Counted from the first letter of the stretch, positions 37,984 to 48,617 are shown. The stretch: 64,000 bases of DNA from Nitrosopumilus sp. (GCA_963662625.1 OY759726.1:1760001-1824000), one strand, 5' to 3'. The notes: generated by a model not told the origin, from the sequence alone. Made by a program: numbers and translations.

Positions 37984-40107
37984 CTAGGCGCTGATCAGTA
38001 TGGCCGCGCGTTCGCTCTCTTCAAGCTCCTGCCTCACGGCATCCAGGATCTGCGGGGCCGACGTGAGGCTGGAATAGTCCACGAGTTTCAGGTCGTTGAT
38101 CAGGTAGATCTGGGGGACGATGTCGTTGTGCCGGGACTCCAGGTAGTCGTCGACCTCCTCGAGGATCGAGATCCTGCCCCCCTGGAATATCTTGCCGTTG
38201 TCCAGGGACTTTCTCATCTTCCCGAACCTGTCCAGTACCAGTACCGGGTGGCGGTTCCTCTTGCTAAGCAGGCGCTTTTCCGTGACGTGCCCGGTAAACA
38301 CCACGTAGTGGTCCGACTCGAAGCTGAGGTCCACCAGGTCGCCCGATATGCGGAGGATCTCGCGGGCCCTCCCCCTCAGATCCTCGAGCGTGAAGACGTT
38401 CCTTGACGTCTCGGCGCTGTCAAGCTCGATGTTTCCGGAGGCCGTCACGCGCAGGATGGACTTTTCCGGGATGTACTGGCTGTCGATCACGATCGACTCC
38501 GGGATCGCGCCCTTGCCGACGAGGATTGCGTGGATCTTCTTGTGTGCCTGGCTGAACTGCTCCGGCGTCGGGTCTGACACGGACTGCTCCATCTCCTCCT
38601 GCAGCATCGAGGACGCCACGCCTATCGACGATATCACCTCCGCGTGCCGTGCCTTGACGTACTTCAGCTGGAGCGCCTTTGCCACGGACGGGGCCAGGAC
38701 GGACGCCCCCCCGCCCCCGCCGATTATCCTGGCGTCCCGGGGATCCAGATCGAACTCCCGGATTATCTTGCTGACCGTGCGCACTATCTCGAAGGAGGCG
38801 GTGTGTATTATGGACTGCGCGACCTCGGCAAAGGACGTCACCCCGGTCTCCCTTGCCAGCAGGTCCATTGCCAGCCTGGCAGACTGACGGTTCGCGAACG
38901 AGTAGTCGCCCTCCTCGACGAGTTCCAGCGCGTTTGCGGCGCACGTGTTGGTGACCGCGTACGTTCCCTTTTCGCACCGTATCGCGACGTACTCGTCGGC
39001 GTCCGCCTCGCGCGGCCTTACCTTGACCACCTTCCCCGTCCTTATGTCGTCCGGGTCCGCAAAGCACGCGTACTGGAGTCCGGCGATGTGCGCGCTCCTC
39101 GGGCCCACCTTCCACACCCTGTCGTCGCGCATCATCACCATGCTTCCCCCCGCCACCCCGAGCACCCTCACGTCCATGGAGCGGACGCACGTGGGGTGAT
39201 CCTTGATGGTGACGTACTTGAACTCGGGCCGGCCGTTTTTTATGATGCAGATGTTGGTGCTGGTGCCGCCCACCTCTACGAATATGCCGTTTGTCACCCT
39301 CAGGTATAGGAGCGCGCCCGCGACGCTTGCCGCGGGCCCCGACAAGATGGTGAGTATGGGCCTTGTCCGGAAGGTGTCCATGCTCGTCACCCCCCCGTCC
39401 CCCTTCATGATCATCAGCGGCGCGCTTATCTGGGAGTCCCGGATCGCGTCCTCCACGAACTTGGCCACCTGGAACGTCTTGGGCAGCACGCTGGCGTTTA
39501 TCGCCGCGGTGATGGTCCTGATCTCCAGGCCGTACGTGCCCGAGATCTCGTGTGACGCCGTGGACAACATGCCCATGTCCGAGGCGTTCTCCATCACGAA
39601 CTCCTCGTTTGACGGGTCGTCCACCCCGAACGACTCGGTCGCCACTATGACCTCCGCCCCCAGGTCCCGCATCTGCCGTATTGCGGCCTTTACCTCCCCC
39701 TCCGAGATGAGGTGGGCCGTGTCCAGGAACACGTGGCACGACCTGATGTCCTGCCCGGAGCCGGTTCCGGTGCCGCTCAGGTTGGTGCGCTTGACGACGT
39801 CTTTCTTCTCCGGGCCCACCCCCATTGCGACTATCCCGACCTTGGCGGTATCCGACTCCAAAAGCGCGTTGATTGCCTGCGTCGTGCTGTGCGATATCAG
39901 CTCGATGTCCCCTGCCGCGAGCCTTGACTCGGCGGTGATGTTGCGCAGTGCCTGGAGTATCCCTTCTGCGACTCCCCTTTCTGCAAAGTGCGTGGTGGGC
40001 ACCGTCGACTTTGAGAGGACGTCCCCGGTCCGCACGTCGATGGCGACTGCCTTGGTGAACGTCCCCCCGACGTCGATACCGATTCGGACCCTGCCCCCGC
40101 TACCCAT
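37984..40107 (-). CDS. Hydantoinase/oxoprolinase A-like (ASKHA ATPase) protein
   Basis: GIDVGGTFTK, SGPAASVAG, VEVGGTST, GPRSA. Confidence 0.88.
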   Translation of the reverse strand: MGSGGRVRIGIDVGGTFTKAVAIDVRTGDVLSKSTVPTTHFAERGVAEGILQALRNITAESRLAAGDIELISHSTTQAINALLESDTAKVGIVAMGVGPEKKDVVKRTNLSGTGTGSGQDIRSCHVFLDTAHLISEGEVKAAIRQMRDLGAEVIVATESFGVDDPSNEEFVMENASDMGMLSTASHEISGTYGLEIRTITAAINASVLPKTFQVAKFVEDAIRDSQISAPLMIMKGDGGVTSMDTFRTRPILTILSGPAASVAGALLYLRVTNGIFVEVGGTSTNICIIKNGRPEFKYVTIKDHPTCVRSMDVRVLGVAGGSMVMMRDDRVWKVGPRSAHIAGLQYACFADPDDIRTGKVVKVRPREADADEYVAIRCEKGTYAVTNTCAANALELVEEGDYSFANRQSARLAMDLLARETGVTSFAEVAQSIIHTASFEIVRTVSKIIREFDLDPRDARIIGGGGGASVLAPSVAKALQLKYVKARHAEVISSIGVASSMLQEEMEQSVSDPTPEQFSQAHKKIHAILVGKGAIPESIVIDSQYIPEKSILRVTASGNIELDSAETSRNVFTLEDLRGRAREILRISGDLVDLSFESDHYVVFTGHVTEKRLLSKRNRHPVLVLDRFGKMRKSLDNGKIFQGGRISILEEVDDYLESRHNDIVPQIYLINDLKLVDYSSLTSAPQILDAVRQELEESERAAILISA

Positions 40108-42313
40108 TCTTCTTCCTCGACTTTCTCATCATGGCAAGCTTCCTCTCTTTCTTCGGCCTGAGAACCAGGACGTACGAGGCCGCCCCCAGGTAGACCCCCA
40201 GCAGGAGCACCTGGGCCACCACCGTCTCCAGGGTGGGGTATATGCCCGTCATCGTCGCGATGTTGATGTCGAGCCTCGGCACGGTCCCCAGCATGCTGGT
40301 GTACGGGAGCAGGTCCAGTATCTGGAGCTCCCTTACGGCGTTTCCCAGGAAGGCTATGGAAAGGTATGCCCCCACGCCCATGGTCAGGCCGAACAGCGCC
40401 CTGAGCGGCAGCCTCCTGCCCAGCCTCCTCATGACGTAGTATACGACGAAGAGGGATCCCATCCCCACCACGAACCCCAGGCCCACGTAGGCCTCCATGT
40501 ATTTCGCAAAGCCCGACATCGCCTGGTAGAAGAGGACCGTCTCGAACCCCTCCCGGTACACGGTGAAGAACGCCAGCATGACGAACACCATCACGCTCCC
40601 GGTGGTGGTCGCCTGCCACACCTTGGCCTTTACGAACTCCATCCACTTCCTGTGCTCGATCTTGTTCAGCACCCAGAAGCTCACGTAGAACAGGACTGCC
40701 GTCGCGGAGAGGGCGGCGACGGCCTCGATGAGCTCGCGGTTGACCCCGGAGATCTCGATTACGTACGACGCGACCACCCACGTCACGGCCGTCGCCGCCA
40801 CGGCGGCGCCCACCCCGTAGAACACGTACTTCTTCAGCCTGTCGTTGCGCGATGCCTCGAGGTAGGTGAGTATGGCCCCGAGGATCAGTACCGACTCGAG
40901 CCCCTCCCGGAAGATTATGGCAAACGACGAGATGAACGCTATGGACGGGGCAAGCGTGCCCGTGCCGCTGACGAGGCGCTCCGACTCGTCCAAGTTCCTG
41001 TTGATGGCGGTGGCGACCTCCCTCACCTTCGCCGGATCGTCCCTCTGGTTGATCAGGTTGCGGAGCTCGGCGAACTGGTACTCCACCTCCAGCGTGAAGT
41101 CCGGGGCTATCTCGCGCAGCGGGATCTCCACGAACTCGTAGCTGTCGAGGTATGCCGACCTGGCAGTCGTGTACGCGGCGTGGTGGTCGCCCGCCTCGTA
41201 AAACGCCACCACGTCTGTCAGGGAGTTCCTGATATAGTCCACCTCGGCCCTCACGCCGGTCTTCTCCTCCTCGGTGGAGTCCCCCATCTGCCTCAGGGCG
41301 TCCGCCGGCGCGGCGTCCGCCGGGTTCGGCAGGCCGGGGTTCGAGGCCAGCGTCGCCGCCGCCAGATCTTCTGCGCGGTCAAGTCCGGGGAGTATCGTCC
41401 CCGTGAGGAACAGCCTTATCTCGTCCGGCGGATCCCCGTCCCGTATCATGCCCCGCAGGTTTTCGCGCATGTCGATCTCCAGCGCGTACAGCAGGTCCTT
41501 GTCCACCTTGTCAATCGCGGGCTCCAGGTACTCGAAGTTGTCCAGGTAGGCCACTATGGCCCTTTCTTCTGCCGCGGCATAGTCCCCCTCGTCCAGCAAC
41601 ACGAGCATCTCGCCGTACAGCTCGCGGATGGTCTGGTAGAGTTCCTGCTGGTCAAACGCGACCGACTCGGTGCCGAGTACGTCTTTCTGTATGGCGGTTA
41701 TGAGCCCGCCCACCTTGGCGAACTCCTCCCTTTCCGCGGTCTGCAGGTCCAGGTCGGCGAAGAACGACTCGATCTCCAGCGTCAGCCTTCCGTCAAAGTC
41801 GGTCTGCGGGAGCAGGGCGTGTGCCCTCTGGATCATGCCCCTGGAAAGGAGGTAGGACGTCTCCTCTCCCTCCAGGAGCCCCTCCTGGTACTGCTCGTCG
41901 GCCACCGCCAGCAGGCCGACGATCGCCATGTCCGGAGGCGCCGACTCGTCGTAGGGGATCTCTCGGAGCAGCTCCAGTACGCCGTCCAGGTCGGATGTCT
42001 CGCCGGAGCCGGAGCCGATCTTCGTGGCGGCGTCGAGCAGCATGACGTGTGCCTCGTCCACGTTCGGGGAGCCGGACGCGGTCCGGAGCGCCTGGACCTG
42101 CTTGCCAAAGTAGCCGGCGGCAAAGCCCGAATAATCCCTTGCGTCCTCCGTGTCGCCCGCGAGCAGGCTGTCCCGCGCCAGTTCCAGCGCCACGGACGTG
42201 ACCTCGACGCCGGTCCTCACCGTGCCGTCGCCGGGATCCCCCAGCGACTCCCCGGCGGCCAGCGTGGACACCGCAAAAATGACCAACATTGCGGGGATCC
42301 TTGCAGATGACAT
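40100..42313 (-). CDS. FTR1-family iron permease with large extracytoplasmic domain
   Basis: REGLE and REGFE (RExxE) motifs in a multi-TM C-terminal domain; signal peptide. Confidence 0.93.
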   Translation of the reverse strand: MSSARIPAMLVIFAVSTLAAGESLGDPGDGTVRTGVEVTSVALELARDSLLAGDTEDARDYSGFAAGYFGKQVQALRTASGSPNVDEAHVMLLDAATKIGSGSGETSDLDGVLELLREIPYDESAPPDMAIVGLLAVADEQYQEGLLEGEETSYLLSRGMIQRAHALLPQTDFDGRLTLEIESFFADLDLQTAEREEFAKVGGLITAIQKDVLGTESVAFDQQELYQTIRELYGEMLVLLDEGDYAAAEERAIVAYLDNFEYLEPAIDKVDKDLLYALEIDMRENLRGMIRDGDPPDEIRLFLTGTILPGLDRAEDLAAATLASNPGLPNPADAAPADALRQMGDSTEEEKTGVRAEVDYIRNSLTDVVAFYEAGDHHAAYTTARSAYLDSYEFVEIPLREIAPDFTLEVEYQFAELRNLINQRDDPAKVREVATAINRNLDESERLVSGTGTLAPSIAFISSFAIIFREGLESVLILGAILTYLEASRNDRLKKYVFYGVGAAVAATAVTWVVASYVIEISGVNRELIEAVAALSATAVLFYVSFWVLNKIEHRKWMEFVKAKVWQATTTGSVMVFVMLAFFTVYREGFETVLFYQAMSGFAKYMEAYVGLGFVVGMGSLFVVYYVMRRLGRRLPLRALFGLTMGVGAYLSIAFLGNAVRELQILDLLPYTSMLGTVPRLDINIATMTGIYPTLETVVAQVLLLGVYLGAASYVLVLRPKKERKLAMMRKSRKKNG

Positions 42314-42438
42314 CGGGGTTTATCATGTAGACCTGAAAATACTATTTAAATCCGAGATTCATTTCAAGCCCGTAGAATGAATTTCGGGGAACGCCGGGCG
42401 CGCCGCGCCGTTCCGGCATTCTCCCGGGCAGGAACGTC

Positions 42439-44193
42439 TCATCCAGCGGCGTTCCGGATCCGCCGTCCGCCTGGCGCCGCGCGGCCCCGAATCCTACCCG
42501 CGGTCCAGCATGCCGCAACGACCGGGGCCGCCACGTAGAGGCCCGCTATCGCCGCCATCGCCAGCGACCCCAGCGCCACCACGGACGCCTCGGATCCCGG
42601 ATCCGCCGCCGACATGATCCCCAGCACGTACAGGGCCGGCGTGACTGCGGTCCTGACCAGCCAGCGGAGTTCGGGGCTCTCCCTCTCGAGGTCGGCTACC
42701 GCCGGGGAGAAGGAATAGTAGAACGCGTTGAACCCCTCCATGAAGTGGGATCCGGCGCCTGTCCGGAGCAGCGTCCCGTCGCGCACCTCGCGCAGGAACT
42801 GGACCTGCGGGGCAAGCTCGCTCCCAAAGGCAGCAGTCGCGATGAGGCAACCGCCTCCGCCAGCCGCGTCGCCTTCCGCGGCATCGGCCGCGTCGCCTTC
42901 CGCGGCATCGGCCGCGTCGCCTTCCGCGGCATCGGCCGCGTCGCCTTCCGCCTTCGCGTTGGCAACGCCCTCCAACCACGATATGCTGTCCGACTCTAGG
43001 CTGTAGGTGCCGGTACGGATCCACTCGTTGCCCTCCAGCTGCCATATCTCGTAGGTGCCGGTCTTCATGTCGCCCGCGTCGTTGAGCACGATCTGGCCGA
43101 AGATCCCGCTGCGCTCCTCGAGTACGCCTGGCAGTGCGGCGGCCACAAGGTCCGGATCCGTGGAACCGGCAGCCTGGACTGACAGGCCCAGCGCCCAGGC
43201 AGCCTCGTACGCGGTAAGGGAGTACACTATCGGCGTCCTGCCGACCGTGTCAAGCATGTATGACACGACCCTGTCCTGCACGGGGTTTTCCGGCGGGGCA
43301 AACAGCGTCACGGTGATCTGGGACTCGAAGAACTCCGAGGATATGCGGTCGCTTCCCGGGCCGCCCACGTTGAGGAGGGTGTCGCTTCCCACCCACTCGA
43401 CGTCTGAGAGGTTTTCGTACTGGTATGCGGCCTGGGCTATGTTGATCCCCTCGGAGAACGTGAGCAGGAATACGGTTATGTTGTCACCGCCGGCTCTGGC
43501 GGCGACCTCGTCCACCTGATCTGAGAGCAGCGCCACCTCGGTCGAGAATTCGATTGCCTCCGGGTTGTACCTGACTCCGTCATGGACGGTTCCGCCCAGC
43601 TCCTCGAAGCGCTCCTTGGTGATCTTGACCAGATCGTCGCCCCAGGCGTCCCCCCTCCAGAAGGGTATCACGTGTGACGTCCCCATCGCCTCGAACAGCC
43701 GCGCATTCACGGGCGCCTGCGTGGTGGCATCCGGTATGAACCGGAATATCTTGTCTCCCGGGACCGCTAGGGACGGGGCGATCGAGCCGTATGATATGAG
43801 CACCATGTTGTTTGACGTCGCGTACCCCATCACGTTGCGCAGTTCGGCGCTGGAGTACGTGCCCACCACCAGGTCTATGCCGCGCGCCTTGAGAGACGTG
43901 AGCTTGTCCAGTGCCACCACCGGGGTTGACGCGCTGTCCTCCATCACTATGTCGAGTTGCCACCCGGCCCCGCTCTCCTGAAGGTACAGGTTTATGTCGG
44001 ATTCCGCAAGATCCAGCGTCGCACGCACGTCCTGGCCGTGGACGGATCCGTCGCCCGTGATTGGCACCAGGGCCCCTATCTGGACGGTCCCGTCAAGCGG
44101 GACGGGGGCCTGGCCGTCGCTCTGCGCCACCGCGGTCGTGCAGGAGAACGCAAGAAGGCATGCCGCTGCTAAGGCGCAGAAACGCGGAACCAT
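42439..44193 (-). CDS. Type I periplasmic-binding (branched-chain amino acid-like) protein with CFI-box-CTERM
   Basis: IGALVPITG, YDA-like YEAAW, GCLIATAAFGSELAPQVQFLRE. Confidence 0.9.
   Translation of the reverse strand: MVPRFCALAAACLLAFSCTTAVAQSDGQAPVPLDGTVQIGALVPITGDGSVHGQDVRATLDLAESDINLYLQESGAGWQLDIVMEDSASTPVVALDKLTSLKARGIDLVVGTYSSAELRNVMGYATSNNMVLISYGSIAPSLAVPGDKIFRFIPDATTQAPVNARLFEAMGTSHVIPFWRGDAWGDDLVKITKERFEELGGTVHDGVRYNPEAIEFSTEVALLSDQVDEVAARAGGDNITVFLLTFSEGINIAQAAYQYENLSDVEWVGSDTLLNVGGPGSDRISSEFFESQITVTLFAPPENPVQDRVVSYMLDTVGRTPIVYSLTAYEAAWALGLSVQAAGSTDPDLVAAALPGVLEERSGIFGQIVLNDAGDMKTGTYEIWQLEGNEWIRTGTYSLESDSISWLEGVANAKAEGDAADAAEGDAADAAEGDAADAAEGDAAGGGGCLIATAAFGSELAPQVQFLREVRDGTLLRTGAGSHFMEGFNAFYYSFSPAVADLERESPELRWLVRTAVTPALYVLGIMSAADPGSEASVVALGSLAMAAIAGLYVAAPVVAACWTAGRIRGRAAPGGRRIRNAAG
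42863..42951. repeat. 24-bp tandem repeat x3.7 (AEGDAADA linker)
   Basis: Unit GCCGCGTCGCCTTCCGCGGCATCG. Confidence 0.93.
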
Positions 44194-44434
44194 GAGTAGA
44201 GTACGGGTACTGCCATATAGGGTTTTTTGGCTGATCCAGCCAAACGAAATGCGGCCCCCACCAGGCGCAATGGCGGGGCGTTTGGGCATGCGAATGGGCG
44301 TTCGTCCCGCCCGTCCGGCACATTTCGCTTGACTGTGATCGGCGCGGGCGCGGGTTCCCCGCGGCAGCGCGGGCGGTCCCCCGCAGCGCGCGCCACGGTG
44401 CGCTGTTTTTATACCGCGCGGTGGCAGGGGAGGC

Positions 44435-44842
44435 GTGGACTGCGTCTTTTGCAGGATCGTGGAGGAGGAGGAGCCCGCAAGGATCCTCTCGGAGACGGGG
44501 CACTCGATGGCCCTGCTGGACGCGTTCCCGCTTGCCAGGGGCCACACGCTGATAATCCCAAAGAGCCACCGCGTAAAGGTGCAGGACATGTCCCCCGAGG
44601 AGTCGGCAGACCTTTTCGCCATGGTGCACCGCCTGGCCCCCCGGGTCGACGGGCTGACCGGCGCGACGCTTATCGCCATCCACGACGGCAAGGAGGCAGG
44701 GCAGGCGATCCCGCACCTCCACGTGCACATGGTCCCACGCTCGACCGGCGACTCGGCGACGGCGATACACGGCATGTTCGGCCCCGCGGTGGAGATGTCC
44801 GACGGCGAACTGGAAGATGTGCGCCGCAGGCTGGGCGACTAA
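44435..44842 (+). CDS. HIT family protein
   Basis: [26 protein letters not shown]. Confidence 0.95.
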   Translation: MDCVFCRIVEEEEPARILSETGHSMALLDAFPLARGHTLIIPKSHRVKVQDMSPEESADLFAMVHRLAPRVDGLTGATLIAIHDGKEAGQAIPHLHVHMVPRSTGDSATAIHGMFGPAVEMSDGELEDVRRRLGD

Positions 44843-45519
44843 AAGGGGTACATCCTCTCGCGGGTGTCCTCGTTCTCGACGATGATCGCCTTCGTGGGGC
44901 AGGTCTCCGCGGCATTCATGATCTTGTTCACCCCGGCCCCCCGCGGGTTGATCACGGACGACTTCGGGTTCAGGTTCGTGTTCTTGTCAATCTGGAAGAC
45001 CCGCGGCGCGATGGTCTCGCAGCTGCAGCACCCGATGCACAGGGTCTTGTCCACGCTGACGTTGAGGTGGGGTTGCTCCTTGGGTTCCCTGGCCTTGTCA
45101 TACTCCCCGTTCTTTCCGTCCGGCCTGACGCGGGCGTTGTACTCCTCCCAGAATTTTTTTTCATAGTCCCTCCAAAAGTCAGGATCCCCCTCCTCGAACT
45201 CCTTGGTATACCTGCCCCAGTCCTCCTCGGGAGACCTGCCCCCCGGAGGGGCCCCCCACTGGGGTTTTCTCGCAAAGCCGGATCCCGCGCCGGCCTTCCC
45301 GTCCCCGCGCCGGCTCCCGGCGGCCGGCTTGCCTTCCGGGTGGTTCTTCTTCAGGTGGTTGTACGCCTCCGTGACCCTCTTGAACTGCTCCCCCTCCCTC
45401 TCGTCCGTGTTCTTGTCCGGGTGGAACTCCAGCGCCAGCTTCCTGTACGCGAGCTTGATCTCCTCAAGGGTGGCGCCCGAATTTACGTTCAGGGCCTGCA
45501 GTGCCTGCGAGTTGTCCAC
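44839..45519 (-). CDS. DnaJ domain-ferredoxin fusion
   Basis: J-domain HPDKN; CIGCCSC...CP Fe-S motif. Confidence 0.93.
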   Translation of the reverse strand: MDNSQALQALNVNSGATLEEIKLAYRKLALEFHPDKNTDEREGEQFKRVTEAYNHLKKNHPEGKPAAGSRRGDGKAGAGSGFARKPQWGAPPGGRSPEEDWGRYTKEFEEGDPDFWRDYEKKFWEEYNARVRPDGKNGEYDKAREPKEQPHLNVSVDKTLCIGCCSCETIAPRVFQIDKNTNLNPKSSVINPRGAGVNKIMNAAETCPTKAIIVENEDTRERMYPF

Positions 45520-45702
45520 GGGTTACCATCAACCCCGCACGTTAAAAATGGTTTCATGCGCCCGGCCTGCCGCATGATCGCCCCCGGGACAGGATGCCCG
45601 GCGGGACTCGCGCGCGGGGCCCGGGCGGGCTGCAGGTTGAGCTGGCGTGAAGGGCCCGCGCGCCCTTAAGCTTAAATGCGAACTTTGCGACGGTACGGTG
45701 AA

Positions 45703-45765
45703 ATGCCGTACGAGGAAGTGTACATACAGAGGTCGGAAGACGACGAGGACGGCGAGCGGCGCTAG
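45703..45765 (+). CDS. Possible 20-aa peptide
   Basis: MPYEEVYIQRSEDDEDGERR*; CTTAAAT box ~26 nt upstream. Confidence 0.35.
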   Translation: MPYEEVYIQRSEDDEDGERR

Positions 45766-46100
45766 TCCTTCGAGGCGTCTTTCCCGCCGGCGTCCCCCCC
45801 CGGGCCCACCATGTCCTCCGGCCTTACCTCGCTGTCCCAGCTCCCCCGGGCTCCCTTGACCAGCACGGCCACCCCTGAGGCTATCAGCGCTGCGACCAGC
45901 CCGAAGAAGGCCCACTGCCACGTCGTCTTGGCCTCGCAGTCGGCCCTCACCGGCGCCTCGGACTCGGAATACGCGTAGCAGTCCCCGAACTCCTCCGCCT
46001 CTATTGACGACGCCCGGTGGTCGCCGCCGAGCACGCCTAGCACTATGAACCCCGCGAAGATCAGGGCCACGCCGAGGATGGTGAACCGCGTGTCGCTCAC
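45762..46100 (-). CDS. 2-TM membrane protein
   Basis: Two hydrophobic helices; GTGA-coupled to the upstream gene. Confidence 0.8.
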   Translation of the reverse strand: MSDTRFTILGVALIFAGFIVLGVLGGDHRASSIEAEEFGDCYAYSESEAPVRADCEAKTTWQWAFFGLVAALIASGVAVLVKGARGSWDSEVRPEDMVGPGGDAGGKDASKD

Positions 46101-46597
46101 GCCGCCGTCCCCCCGGCGCCTCGTTTGCGCCTTGATCCCGGGCGCCCCTCCAGCGCCCCCTTGAGGTTTTCCAGCGACTCCCCGTAGAACGAGCCCATCG
46201 ACTCCAGGAACTCCGCGAACCGCCGTGCCGGCATCCTCTCGCTGTTGAGGTACGACTGCCACGTCAGCCTGGCGGATCCCTCGCCCGCGGGCGCCACCGA
46301 GATCGTGGCAACGTACGCCCGCAGCGGCAGCCCCTCGGTCGCGACGTACGTCAGGCTCCTCCCCCGCTCCCAGGCGACGACGTGCTCCTCCACCTCGTTC
46401 CCGTCGTCAAACGTGATCAGCCTGACCGCGCCGACGCCACTCTTCTTCCCGGACAGGAGCGAGGTCTCCCTCACGCCGGCGGCCCATCCCGGGAGGCCCG
46501 CGATGTCGCTCACCTTCCGCCATACCCGGCCCGCCGGAGCGTTGATCGTCACCGTCCTCCTCAGGATCCCGGTGTGGGACGACGCCTTCGGTGCCAT
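46097..46597 (-). CDS. SRPBCC/polyketide cyclase family protein
   Basis: INAPAGRVW...GVGAVR...LENLK. Confidence 0.88.
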   Translation of the reverse strand: MAPKASSHTGILRRTVTINAPAGRVWRKVSDIAGLPGWAAGVRETSLLSGKKSGVGAVRLITFDDGNEVEEHVVAWERGRSLTYVATEGLPLRAYVATISVAPAGEGSARLTWQSYLNSERMPARRFAEFLESMGSFYGESLENLKGALEGRPGSRRKRGAGGTAA

Positions 46598-46672
46598 GAG
46601 TACCACTGGGCGTGCCGGATTTTAAATTTTGGTGATCTAACACATTTAATCCCCATGGGCGTAACGTTACAG

Positions 46673-47953
46673 ATGGTCTTCGGGTGGGGCAGGAAGAAGG
46701 AGGAGGAGCCCGGGCTGCAGGAGATGCCCGCGAGGGAGATCCCCCTGTCAGACGTCCCGCGGGTGGCCTCCGAGCTGCTCGAGCTGCGCAGGTCCCAGGC
46801 CGTCTCCGAGGTCAGGCTGTGCCGGGACCGGGCCGTCCCGCTCCTGAGCGAGGTATCCTACATAGGCAGGGAGCTCGAAAAGGACGACCTCAACGTGGAG
46901 GACATCGACAAGAACATCCGCGTGATAGTCGTCCGCGGGAAGAAGCAGGTGATCGACACCATCAGGAAGGAGATAACGGACCTGCCGGCAATATCCAGCT
47001 ACGACGACGCCGTGGCGCTCAACGGCGCGCTGAACCAGGCGCTGAAGAAGGTGGGGGACGTCCTGGGGAGGCAGACGCGGGTCATACACATCTTCGCGAA
47101 GAAGTACGCCTCGAAGCTCAAGGAGATCCTGGCCGAGGTGGCGTCCATCAACGACGACGTCGGGAAGATCCTGCAGAACTTCGCCCGCTCCGACTCGGAG
47201 AACGCGGCGATCAACGGCCTGATAGGCGAGATTGCCGAGCTGGAGGGCTTTAACGCTGAGTCGAGGCAGAAGGCCTCGTCGCTGGCAGGCAGCCTCGCAG
47301 AGTGCCGGGGGAGGATCGCCGCGTGCAGGGAGTCCATCGCGGGCATAAAGTCATCCCAGGGATACGCCCGCCTGCTGGAGACGAAGGAGGCACTGGAGCG
47401 GCTCCGCGCCCAGAGGGCCAGCATGAGCGGCAGGGTGGCCGACCGGTTCACGAGGGTGTCCAGGCCCCTCGGCAGGTACGAGTACGCCTCGTCGCTCGAC
47501 AAGGAGCAGAAGGCGCTGCTCTCCGGCCTGATCCAGTCGCCCTTCGAGGTCCTCACCCCGGGCAACGAGAGGGCAATCATCGTGATACTGGAGAACGTCA
47601 AGAAGGGCGTCTCTGCGGGCTCCATATCGGTCAAGGACCGCGAGAAGGCCATCCTGCACATCACCGAGCTGGAGGACGCCCTCGGCGGCATCATCTCCGA
47701 GATCGCCGAGAACGCCTCCGGGCAGGAATCGGCCAGGGCGGCCATCGAGGAGCTGACCCCCCCGGAGCTTGCCGTGCTGGAGAAGGATCTCGCAAAGTCC
47801 ACGCTCGACGAGTCTTCCGCGGAGTCCAGGATCAGGTCCCTGGGCGGCGAGGTATCCGCAAACGAGGCCAGGATACCCCGCATCGTGGGCGAGATCGAGT
47901 CGAGGCTACGCCGCTTTACCAGCACCAGGTACTCCATAACCACTGAAGACTAA
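46673..47953 (+). CDS. Long coiled-coil protein
   Basis: Heptad-rich, 426 aa, no ATPase motif seen. Confidence 0.8.
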   Translation: MVFGWGRKKEEEPGLQEMPAREIPLSDVPRVASELLELRRSQAVSEVRLCRDRAVPLLSEVSYIGRELEKDDLNVEDIDKNIRVIVVRGKKQVIDTIRKEITDLPAISSYDDAVALNGALNQALKKVGDVLGRQTRVIHIFAKKYASKLKEILAEVASINDDVGKILQNFARSDSENAAINGLIGEIAELEGFNAESRQKASSLAGSLAECRGRIAACRESIAGIKSSQGYARLLETKEALERLRAQRASMSGRVADRFTRVSRPLGRYEYASSLDKEQKALLSGLIQSPFEVLTPGNERAIIVILENVKKGVSAGSISVKDREKAILHITELEDALGGIISEIAENASGQESARAAIEELTPPELAVLEKDLAKSTLDESSAESRIRSLGGEVSANEARIPRIVGEIESRLRRFTSTRYSITTED

Positions 47954-47981
47954 TTAGGCCATGCGCGTACCAGAACCCAGT

Positions 47982-48377
47982 ATGCTATTCGGGAAGAAGT
48001 TCGAACGGCAGGTCTCCCTGCAGAGGGACGTCCTAGACAGCATACTGTCATACTGCAAGATGAAGCACCCTAACGAGGGGATCCTGATCCTGAAGGGCAA
48101 GTCCAAGAAGGGCGACATCAGGGTGGACGGCCTGGTGATCCCCCCGTTCAACTACACGGGCCCCACGTTTGCCGGCTTCCCGCACTCGTTCCTGCCGTTT
48201 GACATGAGCTACGTCGGCAGCGTCCACTCCCACCCGAGCGGCTCTGCGGACCCCTCGATCACCGACCTGCACAACTTCTTCGGGCTGGTGTCGGTCATAG
48301 TCAAGGCCCCGTACGAGGATGAGGACGTCTTTGCGTGGGACAGCGGGGGCAAGCCCATCAGGATCGACATAGTCTGA
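47982..48377 (+). CDS. JAMM/MPN+ metalloprotease
   Basis: HPNE...VHSHPSGSADPSITD. Confidence 0.92.
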   Translation: MLFGKKFERQVSLQRDVLDSILSYCKMKHPNEGILILKGKSKKGDIRVDGLVIPPFNYTGPTFAGFPHSFLPFDMSYVGSVHSHPSGSADPSITDLHNFFGLVSVIVKAPYEDEDVFAWDSGGKPIRIDIV

Positions 48378-48617
48378 CGGCCCCGTCGTGCGTCCTTGGG
48401 GCGCCAAAGTGGAACAGCGTGGCCGCGACGCGCTGGCGGACGTGCCCTTGGCTGGGTACTCGCACCCCCCGACGGCCGCTCCTACGAAGCGTTCCTCCGG
48501 GCGCTCGTGCTCCAAACCGTGGGCATCGAGTGCTTCCCGCACGTCGTCCGTGGCCACGTCAGGCCATAGTTTCCCAGCAGCTTCCGGGCCGTCCTGGAAG
48601 CGGTCGTCGTTTGCCAT
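48378..48617 (-). pseudogene. Orphan ORF behind hammerhead A, apparently truncated
   Basis: MANDDRFQDGPEAAGKLWPDVATDDVREALDAHGLE...; frame runs antisense into the JAMM gene until 48048. Confidence 0.4.

Noticed and set aside
39203-42310. 1035-aa plus-strand ORF and many other long alternative-frame ORFs (e.g. 55826-58273, 23339-25189, 50533-52377)
   Set aside because: Shadow ORFs caused by high GC; they overlap motif-bearing genes and have Arg/Gly/Pro- or Ser-rich composition
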